Below the pieces are notes generated by a model. That model ran no database searches and was not told where the DNA came from. It worked only from the letters and a program-made list of their open reading frames with translations. Source: Panacagrimonas sp. (lineage in GTDB: Bacteria > Pseudomonadota > Gammaproteobacteria > Nevskiales > Nevskiaceae). Taken from it: DNA of 64,000 nucleotides. Made by a program: the position numbers and the translations under genes. The stretch spans positions 1,318 through 65,317 of the forward strand of contig JBFJJV010000001.1 in NCBI GenBank assembly GCA_041635265.1. The letters run 5' to 3'. Positions 39,848 to 49,420 of the stretch are shown piece by piece (the stretch's first letter is position 1; each line of letters starts with the position of its first letter).

Positions 39848-41143
39848 TTAGCCTTGTTTACGTGCAATGGCCCGATAGCCGATATCAGAGCGGTACTGCA
39901 CACCGTCCCAATCTATCTGCCTGACGCCGGCATAGGCGGCTTTTTGAGCCTGGGCGATACTGGCGCCGCTGGCGACGACACAGAGGACACGACCGCCACT
40001 GGTCACGGTCTCACCAGCCTCATTGAGCTTAGTCCCGGCGTGAAACGCTTTGGCCCCTGAGTCCACGTCCAAACCACGAATGAGGTCATTGTTTTTCGGC
40101 GAGGCCGGGTAGCCCTGTGCTGCCATCACGACGCCCAGAGCGGGTTGTGGGCTCCAGCGCACTTGGATTTTATCGAGCCTCGAGTCCAGAGCGGCATCCA
40201 GCATCTCCAGCAATTCGGATTCGAGGCGGTAGAGAATCGGCTGAGTTTCAGGATCGCCCATGCGGGTATTGAACTCGAGCACCTTGATACCACCCTGCGG
40301 ATCGATCATCAGGCCGGCATAGAGAAAGCCACCAAAAGGGCAACCATCTTTGACCATGCCCTTGAGTGCCGGCTCAATGACCTCACGGCAGATACGCTGA
40401 TGAATCTCCGGCGTCACCACCGGCGCCGGTGAGTAAGCGCCCATGCCGCCCGTATTGGGACCCTTGTCACCATCGAAGATACGCTTGTGATCCTGGCTTG
40501 ATGCCATGGGCACGTATTGCTCGCCGTTGGCCACCACGATAAAGCTGGCCTCTTCGCCCTCTAGAAAATCTTCGATGACCACGCGCGAGCCGGCAGCGCC
40601 GAGCTTGCCGCCCGAGAGCATATCTGTGACAGCGGCGCGTGCCTCTTCCATCTCCATTGCAACCACGACGCCCTTACCTGCGGCAAGACCATCGGCCTTG
40701 ATCACGATGGGCGCCGATCGACTGGCCAGATATTCAAGGGCCTCGCTCTCATCGGTGAAAGCGGCGTAGGCTGCCGTCGCAATCTGGTGCCGCTCCAGAA
40801 ACTCCTTGGTAAATGTTTTTGAGCTTTCCAGCTGCGCCGCTGCCCGATTAGGACCAAATATTCTCAGGCCCTGGGCGACAAAGGCATCGACCACACCCAA
40901 TGCCAGAGGCACTTCCGGACCCACGACCGTGAGATCCACTTTTTGCTCCAAGGCCAGGTTGAGCAAACCTGGGACGTCATCTGCCGCGACAGCCACGTTC
41001 TGGCACTTGTGCTCATATGCGGTGCCCGCGTTTCCTGGCGCGACAATTACCTTGCTCACAGATTCGGATTTTGCCAGGGCCCACGCCAAAGCATGCTCGC
41101 GGCCTCCATTACCAATGACCAGAAGGGTTCGATTTTTCTTCAT
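39848..41143 (-). CDS. purD: phosphoribosylamine-glycine ligase
   Basis: 431 aa. The N-terminus is LVIGNGGREHALAWAL, with an ATP-grasp core. Confidence 0.93.
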   Translation of the reverse strand: MKKNRTLLVIGNGGREHALAWALAKSESVSKVIVAPGNAGTAYEHKCQNVAVAADDVPGLLNLALEQKVDLTVVGPEVPLALGVVDAFVAQGLRIFGPNRAAAQLESSKTFTKEFLERHQIATAAYAAFTDESEALEYLASRSAPIVIKADGLAAGKGVVVAMEMEEARAAVTDMLSGGKLGAAGSRVVIEDFLEGEEASFIVVANGEQYVPMASSQDHKRIFDGDKGPNTGGMGAYSPAPVVTPEIHQRICREVIEPALKGMVKDGCPFGGFLYAGLMIDPQGGIKVLEFNTRMGDPETQPILYRLESELLEMLDAALDSRLDKIQVRWSPQPALGVVMAAQGYPASPKNNDLIRGLDVDSGAKAFHAGTKLNEAGETVTSGGRVLCVVASGASIAQAQKAAYAGVRQIDWDGVQYRSDIGYRAIARKQG

Positions 41144-41342
41144 GTTAAGGAGCGGAAATGATTGATGAATTGTGGAATAACAGCGCCCATTACCTGACGC
41201 GATATTCAGATTTAGTTATTGAATTTCAGGACTGTCGTCTGCCGGTCAATCTGAAGTTTCGGCCCAAAACAGCGACATTCGAAGTCAGACAGCCATGGAT
41301 AAACATGGGTATATTGCCACTGATGGAAAAGAGGGGCGATGC

Positions 41343-42119
41343 ATGCGGGGCGATGTCTTACTGAGAAATGCAATCAATTCGGCACGAGACGTGCGCGAGG
41401 CTGGCGATGCCTGCCGCAAGGCTTCCAAGGCGCTTGGTTTCGAATATTTTTTATACGGTCTCCGAATTGCTGTCTCCCCTTCGCGTCCTTGCCAGTTCGT
41501 GCTTAGCGGCTACCCCAAAGGCTGGCGTTCGCATTACGACGAGCAGGGATTGATGATGATCGACCCCGTTCTTGCCAAGGCCGCTTCTACGGTAACGCCA
41601 TTTGGGTGGGACGAGCTGAACCGCAGCGTGCCTGCAGCCGAGAAGCTTTTCCGCGAGGCAGCGAGCTTTGGCCTTAAACACGGGCTGACAATCCCGTTAC
41701 ACGGGATCGGCGGCGAGATCGGCATCATGAATCTTTCGCGGGGCGAGCCTCTGCCGGTCGGTGCCGCGCGAGCAAAACTGTTTCAGCGCGCACAGTGGAT
41801 TACCTCATTGATACAGGACCGTATGCGCGAGCTGGTTCTCGCCGATGAAAACGCGCCCAAGCCAAGGTTATCGGCTCGCGAACGAGACTGTCTGCGTTTT
41901 GCGGCACGGGGAATGACCTCGACTACCATAGGCAAACAGCTGGGCATTGCCGAAAGCACCGTCGCTTTCCATCTGAATTCGGCTGAAAGAAAGCTCGGCG
42001 TGCGCACCCGCAGCCATGCGATTGCGCGTGCGATGGCGCTAGGGGCTCTGGATCCAGAGGAAGGATTCCCCGAGAAAATCAGCACCTCCGAGCAATTCAT
42101 CGATCTGGCCGAGGCCTGA
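41343..42119 (+). CDS. LuxR-family regulator (autoinducer-binding domain plus HTH), no adjacent luxI
   Basis: GW-x3-Y-x8-DP-x13-W spacing is identical to TraR W57/Y61/D70/P71/W85. The C-terminal HTH is [42 protein letters not shown] lies 8 nt before ATG 41343. Confidence 0.85.
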   Translation: MRGDVLLRNAINSARDVREAGDACRKASKALGFEYFLYGLRIAVSPSRPCQFVLSGYPKGWRSHYDEQGLMMIDPVLAKAASTVTPFGWDELNRSVPAAEKLFREAASFGLKHGLTIPLHGIGGEIGIMNLSRGEPLPVGAARAKLFQRAQWITSLIQDRMRELVLADENAPKPRLSARERDCLRFAARGMTSTTIGKQLGIAESTVAFHLNSAERKLGVRTRSHAIARAMALGALDPEEGFPEKISTSEQFIDLAEA

Positions 42120-42180
42120 ATTTGCTGCGGCGATTATCATGTGCGACTCCTTTCGCACCCACCTAGCCGAATTGCCCCAG

Positions 42181-43071
42181 ATGACCGTCGCCCTGCACCA
42201 GTCCAACCTGAAAAGCCTGCCCTTGATTCATCGCGGCAAAGTGCGCGACATCTACGGCGTGGGCGACCATCATCTGCTGATCGTGACCACGGATCGTCTG
42301 TCCGCCTTTGACGTCATCCTGCCAAGGCCCATTGCAGGAAAGGGCCTGGTGTTGACCGAACTGACCGAGTTCTGGATGAATCGCTTCGCCGGCCTGGTAC
42401 CCAATCAGATGGCACCAGAGATGCACTTGGCGGATCACCTGAGCGCTGCCGACTGTGAACTGCTGGCCGGCCGAGCTGTCATCGTGCGCAAGCTCAAAGC
42501 GATTCCGGTGGAATGCGTGGCGCGCGGCTACCTGATTGGCTCGGGCTGGAAAGATTATCAGAGCCAGCAAGCCATCTGCGGAATTTCCCTGCCGGACAAT
42601 CTGCGCATGGCAGACCAGCTGCCGGAACCGATCTTCACGCCAGCAGACAAGGCCCCAGTTGGCAGCCACGACGAGAACATCAGCTTCGAAACCGTGGTCA
42701 ACACCCTGGGCGGCGAGCTGGCAGATCAGCTGCGCGACCTTACCCTGCGCATCTACGTCGAGGCTGCCGCCTACGCCCGCGCACGTGGCATTATTGTGGC
42801 CGACACTAAATTCGAGTTTGGACTGGATGACGACGGTCGGATCCACCTGATCGACGAGGTGCTCACTCCGGACTCGTCGCGTTTCTGGGATGCAACGCAA
42901 TGGCGTCCAGGCATCAGTCCGCCGAGCTATGACAAGCAGATCGTGCGTGACTGGCTCGAAGCACAAGCTTGGGACAAAACCCCACCAGGCCCTTGGCTGC
43001 CCGACGACGTCGCAGAACGCACCGCCGCTCGCTATGCGGAAGTCCAGGCGAAGCTGGTCTCGGCGCGCTGA
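42181..43071 (+). CDS. purC: SAICAR synthase (long form)
   Basis: HRGKVRDIY and TTDRLSAFD motifs are present. Start at ATG 42181; the ORF-track start 42139 is also possible. Confidence 0.9.
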   Translation: MTVALHQSNLKSLPLIHRGKVRDIYGVGDHHLLIVTTDRLSAFDVILPRPIAGKGLVLTELTEFWMNRFAGLVPNQMAPEMHLADHLSAADCELLAGRAVIVRKLKAIPVECVARGYLIGSGWKDYQSQQAICGISLPDNLRMADQLPEPIFTPADKAPVGSHDENISFETVVNTLGGELADQLRDLTLRIYVEAAAYARARGIIVADTKFEFGLDDDGRIHLIDEVLTPDSSRFWDATQWRPGISPPSYDKQIVRDWLEAQAWDKTPPGPWLPDDVAERTAARYAEVQAKLVSAR

Positions 43072-43146
43072 GAAGAAAGCTATCGCTCAGCCGGAATGAT
43101 CGGCTAGGCTGCCCCATCGACTCCTATTTTTGAACAGGCGACCGGC

Positions 43147-43461
43147 ATGCAGATCAAAATCGAAATTGACGTCAAACCCGAAGAACTGCGCCGATTCCTC
43201 GGTCTGCCCGACGTAGCGGGCCTGCAGGATGACGTGGTGCAGTTTCTGCGCGAAAAAGTTGGCCAGGCAAATGAGAACTTCAATCCCTCGGACTTTGTGA
43301 AGACCAACTTTGAAACCGTGCGCAACTCCCCCGCATGGAAGCGCCTGATGGCGCGCGTGATCGCGGCCGAAGAAGAACCTGAGGAAAAGCCGAGCGCGGC
43401 CAAGCGCGAACCGACGCGGCGAAAGTCGCGAAAATCAACGAGCGATAAGAAAACTTCCTGA
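43147..43461 (+). CDS. small hypothetical protein with a basic Lys/Arg/Ser tail
   Basis: 104 aa. The N-terminal 70 aa (MQIKIEIDVKPEELRRFLGLPDV...) resemble a small conserved proteobacterial family, possibly DUF6489 (from memory). The tail is KREPTRRKSRKSTSDKKTS. Confidence 0.55.
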   Translation: MQIKIEIDVKPEELRRFLGLPDVAGLQDDVVQFLREKVGQANENFNPSDFVKTNFETVRNSPAWKRLMARVIAAEEEPEEKPSAAKREPTRRKSRKSTSDKKTS

Positions 43462-43523
43462 GCCGTCGCCAGAATCCGACTGACGGGGATGACACGAATA
43501 CAGGGCTCGTGACGCTCGAGCGC

Positions 43524-44858
43524 TCAGCCCAGACCGATGCCCTTGTAGTTTGAGACACTGCCCTTGTCCAGCAAGCGGCGACCGTCCACTACCAGCGGGT
43601 TTCGCGAAGTCTCGCGCAGAATCTCGGGCAGGCGCGTAAATTCCGGCCAGGAGGTCATCAGCAGGACCGCGTCAACTTCGGCAACGCACTGTTCCAAAGT
43701 ATCGGCAAAAGTCACCGGGGACCTGAGCGCGCGCAGTGCTTGCGTCTGCGCAATGGGGTCGAATGCCGTCACGTAAGCGCCCGCCTCTTGCAGCGCATCG
43801 GTGACCGCCAGTGAAGGAGATTCGCGTACGTCGTCGGTACCCGGCTTGAAAGCCATGCCCAGCACCGCGACCTTGAGCCCCTTGAAGCTGGGGAACTCCT
43901 CTCGCAGCATCTCAATCATGCGCTGGGGTTGGGCGAGGTTGACCTTGACCACCGCGTCGAGCACGGCCATATCGGCACCGCGGCGCTTACCGTCTGCAAT
44001 CAGTGCTTTGACATCCTTTGGAAAGCAACTACCGCCAAAACCACAGCCTGCGGCAAGATAGCTGACCATTCCCGGAGCGACCCGCTTGCCGTCAGTCAGA
44101 ATCGGCATGAAACGCTTGTCCAGATGCACCCCGCGCAGGACTTCGACGACATCGGTTCCGCTCAGGGCGCACAGATTGCCGATCTCATTGGAAAACGAGA
44201 TCAGCGTGGCCAGCAGGGCGTTGGCTGAATACTTGATCATCTCCGCGGTTCTGGGATTGGTCCGCAATACGTCCACGTCGGGATAAATGGCGTAGAGCTC
44301 TGCCAGCCGATCGAGCGTTCTCTCGTCGATTCCGCCCAGAACCACCCGGTCCGGCTGATTGAAATCAGCGATGGCCTCGCCTTCCTTGAGAAATTCGGGA
44401 TTCATGCCGACGCCGAAGTCCGCGCCGGCCTGCTTGCCCGACGCTTTGCTGAGTATGGGCAGCACCACGTCTTCTGTGGTTCCGGGCACCACCGTGCTCT
44501 TGACCACGACCACGTGATACTCGTCCTTATCACGCAGCGCCTCGCCAATCTGCTGGGCGGCGGTGCGAATGTAAGTGAGGTCAATCTCCTCGCCATCAAA
44601 AGGTGTGCCGACCGCGATCAGAGTCATGTCGCTGACCTGCACTGCGGCAGCCAAATCCGTTGTCGCGCTAAGCCGATCCGGCACCACACGCTTCAGCATC
44701 TCTTCTAGGCCGACTTCATGAATCGGCGGCTTGGCCAGAGTGATGGACTCGATTTTCTTAGCGTCAATATCGACGCAAATCACCTCGTGACCGTGGTCTG
44801 CCAGACAGGCCCCGGAAACCAGTCCCACATAACCGGTTCCGATAATGGCGACCTTCAC
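43524..44858 (-). CDS. nucleotide-sugar 6-dehydrogenase (UDP-glucose/GDP-mannose dehydrogenase family)
   Basis: Rossmann motif IIGTGYVGL and the catalytic Cys block GFGGSCFPKD. Confidence 0.88.
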   Translation of the reverse strand: MKVAIIGTGYVGLVSGACLADHGHEVICVDIDAKKIESITLAKPPIHEVGLEEMLKRVVPDRLSATTDLAAAVQVSDMTLIAVGTPFDGEEIDLTYIRTAAQQIGEALRDKDEYHVVVVKSTVVPGTTEDVVLPILSKASGKQAGADFGVGMNPEFLKEGEAIADFNQPDRVVLGGIDERTLDRLAELYAIYPDVDVLRTNPRTAEMIKYSANALLATLISFSNEIGNLCALSGTDVVEVLRGVHLDKRFMPILTDGKRVAPGMVSYLAAGCGFGGSCFPKDVKALIADGKRRGADMAVLDAVVKVNLAQPQRMIEMLREEFPSFKGLKVAVLGMAFKPGTDDVRESPSLAVTDALQEAGAYVTAFDPIAQTQALRALRSPVTFADTLEQCVAEVDAVLLMTSWPEFTRLPEILRETSRNPLVVDGRRLLDKGSVSNYKGIGLG

Positions 44859-45970
44859 TTTTCCACATCCTCGGTGCGGTTGCCTGAGTACCAGATCAGT
44901 GCGCGTCGGAGGCCTTCGTCGAAAGTCACTGTCGGTTCGTAGCCCAGTTCATCCCTGGCTTTGGCGATGACCGGACAGCGCCGGTTGGGATTGTCGACGA
45001 GGTATTCGGCATCATCCGATACCGAGTACGTCACTTTACCTTCATAGCCGAAGAGTTCTCGGGACAATGCCACGACCTTGTCTGCCAGCGTCGACACACT
45101 GATCTCCGGACTTTCAGTACCGATGTTGTAAGCCTCGCCCGAACGACCGCGAACCAGAATCTTGAAGTAACCGATGACGGCGTCGGCGACGTAGCAGAAG
45201 GTGCGTGTGGGCGTTCCGTTAGAAAGCATCACGATATCTCTGCCCGCGAGTACGTCGCGCACAAAGTCAGGGAGCACGCGACCGTCCGTGATCTTGAGTC
45301 CAGGCCCAAAGTTGTTGAACGGACGCGCTATGCGTACCGGCACACCATGGACTTTGGCGAAATTGACACACAGAGTTTCACCGTAACGCTTGGATTCGTC
45401 GTAGCAGGCGCGAGGACCGGTGCTGGAAACATTGCCGCGGTAAGTCTCCGGGGTGGGAATGTTTCCCGGTGTGGGGTCGCCGTAAATTTCAGAGGTGGAA
45501 TAATACAGAAAGCCAGACATCGGCCGACCCTGCTGTTTGAGCAACCGCGCATATTCGAGCAGATTTCGCAGTCCGTTGACGTTGGCATCCATGGTTTCAA
45601 TGGGATGCAATCGGTAAAAAATGGGGGAAGCGATGGAGGCCGCATGGATGACGTAATCCTGCGGCGCAAGGTCCGCGGGCAGCGGATCGAGTACATCATG
45701 GCGTGTCAGCACCAGGTCCGAGCGATCTGCGAGATCGGACAGCCATTCAGGCATTCCGCGACTGAAATTATCGAATACAGTGAGCTTGATCGGCTCGCCG
45801 TCTGTGCGCGTCTGGTTCCATTGAACGACCGATTGCACAAGGTAGTAACCAAGGAACCCGCCGCCACCGATGACGAGCAGACTCTTTCCCGCCATGCGCG
45901 AAAATTCCCCGCTCAGTGACTGAGCAATAAACTCCAGATCTGTTGATACAACATCTTGAGCCGTTTTCAT
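44855..45970 (-). CDS. extended SDR, UDP-glucuronate decarboxylase (UXS/ArnA-C)-like
   Basis: VIGGGGFLGYYL, STSEIYGDP and ACYDESKRYGETL closely follow the UXS pattern. ATGA overlap with the upstream gene at 45967-45970, and a 4-nt overlap with the dehydrogenase gene. Confidence 0.8.
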   Translation of the reverse strand: MKTAQDVVSTDLEFIAQSLSGEFSRMAGKSLLVIGGGGFLGYYLVQSVVQWNQTRTDGEPIKLTVFDNFSRGMPEWLSDLADRSDLVLTRHDVLDPLPADLAPQDYVIHAASIASPIFYRLHPIETMDANVNGLRNLLEYARLLKQQGRPMSGFLYYSTSEIYGDPTPGNIPTPETYRGNVSSTGPRACYDESKRYGETLCVNFAKVHGVPVRIARPFNNFGPGLKITDGRVLPDFVRDVLAGRDIVMLSNGTPTRTFCYVADAVIGYFKILVRGRSGEAYNIGTESPEISVSTLADKVVALSRELFGYEGKVTYSVSDDAEYLVDNPNRRCPVIAKARDELGYEPTVTFDEGLRRALIWYSGNRTEDVEK

Positions 45971-47292
45971 TTTGGTATCGGTGGTGCCCGCAGAGTTGAT
46001 GATTTGGAAAAATGCTGATCCTGTTCGCGGCGCAGACGATGTGCCAGTTTGTCCAGCGGCGGACTCACGTCGGCCCAGCCAATGGCCTGATCCTGCGGAA
46101 TGTCTCGAAGCAGTTTGCAACCTTCTGCCAAGCCCATCGGCAGCAGTCGCTCGCGCGCAGTAATCGCAGCCGTCTCACACACACCGTAAGTCATGTATTC
46201 ACCCAGACCGTCGAGCACATCGCCGGCCTTGAGCGGCTTCTTGGCGATCGCGATCACGTCGACCAATTGCGGCCCCAGCGGCGTGATCGGTGCGTCCTTG
46301 AGCAGTGCGACCCTGGCCAGCGATGTAGACACCTCCAGGGCAGTCAGATGCCAGGGCGTGTAAAAGCTGTAGACAGGTCCTTCGCCGAGCTTGCCGTAAT
46401 TCAGGTAGATCGCCTGAATATCATCCTGAGCTTCGGCAAAAACAAAGACGCCAGGACTGGGAACGGAACCGACGACGTAATCGGCAACGCCACCCAGTGC
46501 TCGAATATGATCATAGTCATAAGCCCCGACGAGTTGGTCTACATGACCTTTGTGTTCAAGACCGATCATGCCGCGCCGGGCTACCGACATGCCGGTTGCG
46601 TTTGCAGTGATCGCCTGTTCAAACGAAATCTTGGTGCCGTCCGCAAAACTGGTGACCATCGATGCGGTCTGGCCCCACTGCTTGGCGAAACCAGCCTGGG
46701 TCGTAGGATTGCGATAGCGATCCTGCATGCCCTTGATGTTGCCGCAGATCAACGGCTTGAGGCCGAGGTTGCTGACATAGCGATGCAGATTGATCTGCAC
46801 TGCAGGCTGGTCGCCATCGCAGCCAGTCAACATAATTCCTGCCCGATCCGCCATCACTTTCAGAATTGGGCCTACGGTGGCGTCGAGTTCGACATTCATC
46901 GACACCATTGGTTTTCGATGTTCGATCGCCAGCAGTGTGATCCTGGCACCGTATTCGACATGCCCGGTACTTTCCAAAGCAATCTCGATGCGTTCGGCGC
47001 CCAGCACCGCGGGGTCACTACTGACCGCAAATAGGCCGCGGCCAATGGCATCGTCGAGCGCAGAAGCCGAGTTGACCTCCACAATCTGCTCGCGTGGCAC
47101 ACCTGCGGCGGTGTAGCAACCGATCGCCGACGCGACGGTTCGGTTGCAAATCACAGCCAGGCGAAACCCGGGCACGCGCCTGAGCAACTGATTGGCGACG
47201 CCACGCGCCATAAAGCCTGCGCCGAACATGGCCACCTGCAGCGGTCGCTCCTGTGCGACGCGCTGCTGCAGGGCGGTATCAACAATAATCAT
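45967..47292 (-). CDS. NAD(P)-binding oxidoreductase with a C-terminal SAF domain (COG4091-like, 'predicted homoserine dehydrogenase')
   Basis: N-terminal Rossmann motif VAMFGAGFMARG, 441 aa. The family assignment is from memory of COG4091 architecture. Confidence 0.6.
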   Translation of the reverse strand: MIIVDTALQQRVAQERPLQVAMFGAGFMARGVANQLLRRVPGFRLAVICNRTVASAIGCYTAAGVPREQIVEVNSASALDDAIGRGLFAVSSDPAVLGAERIEIALESTGHVEYGARITLLAIEHRKPMVSMNVELDATVGPILKVMADRAGIMLTGCDGDQPAVQINLHRYVSNLGLKPLICGNIKGMQDRYRNPTTQAGFAKQWGQTASMVTSFADGTKISFEQAITANATGMSVARRGMIGLEHKGHVDQLVGAYDYDHIRALGGVADYVVGSVPSPGVFVFAEAQDDIQAIYLNYGKLGEGPVYSFYTPWHLTALEVSTSLARVALLKDAPITPLGPQLVDVIAIAKKPLKAGDVLDGLGEYMTYGVCETAAITARERLLPMGLAEGCKLLRDIPQDQAIGWADVSPPLDKLAHRLRREQDQHFSKSSTLRAPPIPK

Positions 47293-47469
47293 TTAGCGGC
47301 TCCAGCTCTGTGGGTTGTCGCGTCACTGAGGCATCCATGAGAATTCAGCCCGAGCAGTTTGCAATATTAGGGTCATGCGTGCGAGAGAGGGCCGCAGGAA
47401 CAGCCGAACCTTGCTGAGTCCTACGCTGGCAACACTGCAACACTGCGGCCTCCGACTCCCTGAACCGAA

Positions 47470-48681
47470 TTAGATCGTTCCGGCAGGCGCGTCCAAAGCC
47501 CGCTGCGAAAGCGACCGCAACTCTGTTTCTCTTCTGAGCATACCCTTGGTCGGAACGAGATCCAGCGTCTCGAATACCGTGCGCAGGCGATGCACCCAGT
47601 CATGCCGCAGGGCTGAATGGTGAAGATTGTTGCGCCGGGCTTGCTCAAGCCGCGCAGGATGGGCATCCAGTTCGCGAATCCGGTTTCCAATATCAGCTGA
47701 GTCCAGCGGCATCGGAATTACCGCATCTGGCCAGTCGAACAATCGGCGAAAAGTATCAGTCCGCGGCGCTTCTCCGAGCATGATCGTCCCGGCCGCTGCA
47801 CCTTCATAAAAGCGAAAGGCGATTTCATCCTGATGTTGCGCATATTCTTGCTCATTGATGCGCGCACGGTTGGCAATGAAATAACGACTGCGTTGCAAAA
47901 TGGTGCCCAGCAAGAGTCGATGTGCACCAGGATCATCAACTGAAAATGTTCGCTGCTTGAGCCCGTCTCCACTAGCCGCGACCGTATCGTAGTGATAGTG
48001 AATGTGACGTTGCTCGGCCAGTTGCAGCAGGGCTTGATGGGTCGTCACTGATCGACGGCCTAGATTGCTGACGTCGATAAATCGCGGGCGCGGGCTCGGC
48101 AGAGCAGAAAAACGCAGCACGTCGGCGGCGGCTGGCAGATAGCTGCATGGCCTGCCGGTCAGCTGGCTCACCCGGTCCACCGAACATTCGGTTCCAACAA
48201 AAATATGATCGAACGGCCGCAGAAGCTCGAATAAATAAGCCGGCGTATATTGATGGGTCCAGTATTCGTTAATGAAACAGGCGGCTTTGCGACAACGCTC
48301 GCGCCAGTCCGGGATTGTTGTCAGCACATAGACATCGTAAGGATTACTGAAGACCGGAAAGAATAATTCGTAACTTCGGCTAAGCCGGAGCTGCGGGCCA
48401 TGTAGCGGGACCTTATGCGCCAGAGCTTGCGAGCCACTGAGGACGCGCACCAGTTTGTAGGCCTTCCGCGCGATCTCGAGGGCTGACAGATCGAGCAATT
48501 CCACTCGATCGGCTTGGGCGACTTCCGCAATGACGTCTTCGAATTCGTACAATGCGCAATAGGCAACCAGTCGATTGACGTTCCGACGGGAGATTTGCAG
48601 TACAGATCCACCACCTTCGGTCAGCGACAATCCCGTAGCTGGTGTCCCGGCTCTCCGCGCAAAAGAATTATTCCATTTCAC
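47470..48681 (-). CDS. CgeB-like glycosyltransferase-fold protein (Glyco_trans_1_2-like C-terminus)
   Basis: The C-terminal block FRFYEGAAAGTIMLGEAP...LFDWPDAVIPMP resembles CgeB/DUF3880-type GT-B proteins. No TM segments. The start is uncertain. Confidence 0.55.
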   Translation of the reverse strand: MKWNNSFARRAGTPATGLSLTEGGGSVLQISRRNVNRLVAYCALYEFEDVIAEVAQADRVELLDLSALEIARKAYKLVRVLSGSQALAHKVPLHGPQLRLSRSYELFFPVFSNPYDVYVLTTIPDWRERCRKAACFINEYWTHQYTPAYLFELLRPFDHIFVGTECSVDRVSQLTGRPCSYLPAAADVLRFSALPSPRPRFIDVSNLGRRSVTTHQALLQLAEQRHIHYHYDTVAASGDGLKQRTFSVDDPGAHRLLLGTILQRSRYFIANRARINEQEYAQHQDEIAFRFYEGAAAGTIMLGEAPRTDTFRRLFDWPDAVIPMPLDSADIGNRIRELDAHPARLEQARRNNLHHSALRHDWVHRLRTVFETLDLVPTKGMLRRETELRSLSQRALDAPAGTI

Positions 48682-48738
48682 TGGGCTGTGCCCTTGCTTC
48701 GGACAAATTTGCTCGCTGCGTAACCAGTGAGGGCATCT

Positions 48739-49305
48739 TCATAGCAGTCCGCGCAATTGCTCGATGCCGTGGTAATCCAGATCAAACAAGGGCCAGTTAC
48801 GATCTTTGTCCGAGACATCAACAGGCGCCAGCGGCCAGTCGATGCCCAGTCGCGGATCGTCAAAACGAAGCCCGCGCTCCAGATCGGGCGCGTAGAAATC
48901 GCTGGCCAGATAAATGACTTCGGTGTCATCAGCAAGCGTCAGCATACCGTGAGCACAGCCCCTGGGAACGTACATCATGGTTCTATTCTCAGCGCTCAAC
49001 TCGGCACCGAAGGTCTGGCCGAAGGTGCTCGAATCTGGTCTCAGATCGGCAATCAGGTCGTAGATTGCGCCACGGATGCAGCGCACCAGTTTGACCTCAG
49101 CTCCCGGCGCTAACTGGTAATGCAGGCCGCGCATGGTTCCCTTGCGCCGGCCGAGGGAATTGTTGATTTGTCGGAATCGTGACTCCAAGCCATTCTCCTC
49201 GAACTCTCGTTCACAGAAGGATCTGGCAAAAAAACCACGACTATCGCTGCGGACGTCGAGTTCGACGGTATACGCGCCGTTCAGAGCCGCTGGATTGAAT
49301 CGCAT
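48739..49305 (-). CDS. NDP-4-keto-6-deoxyhexose 3,5-epimerase (RfbC/RmlC family)
   Basis: 188-aa cupin with RGFFARSF, MRGLHYQ and the YVPRGCAHG catalytic region. Confidence 0.85.
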   Translation of the reverse strand: MRFNPAALNGAYTVELDVRSDSRGFFARSFCEREFEENGLESRFRQINNSLGRRKGTMRGLHYQLAPGAEVKLVRCIRGAIYDLIADLRPDSSTFGQTFGAELSAENRTMMYVPRGCAHGMLTLADDTEVIYLASDFYAPDLERGLRFDDPRLGIDWPLAPVDVSDKDRNWPLFDLDYHGIEQLRGLL

Positions 49306-49420
49306 GTTTGTTCACAAGGTTTGCAATGAGCTGACCGATGGCGAGCATCACCCAGCAGTAAGACGCCCTGGAGGCTGATGCTGAAAGCGATCACCGGGCG
49401 TGGAAATCGAGCGGAGATTT

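Noticed and set aside
41192-41211. lux-box-like CTG-N10-CAG (acCTGacgcgatattCAGat) upstream of the LuxR solo.
   Set aside because: Only the minimal CTG/CAG ends match and the dyad symmetry is about 5 of 10 positions. A CTG-N10-CAG is expected by chance at a few-percent level in 200 bp.
47428-47446. Tandem octamer gcaacact-gcaacact with a TGGCA-like start, considered as a sigma-54 promoter or repeat element in the 178-bp gap inside the sugar cluster.
   Set aside because: The GG-to-GC spacing is 7 nt, not 10. It lies on the strand opposite to all neighbouring genes, and two copies of an 8-mer are insufficient to call a repeat family.
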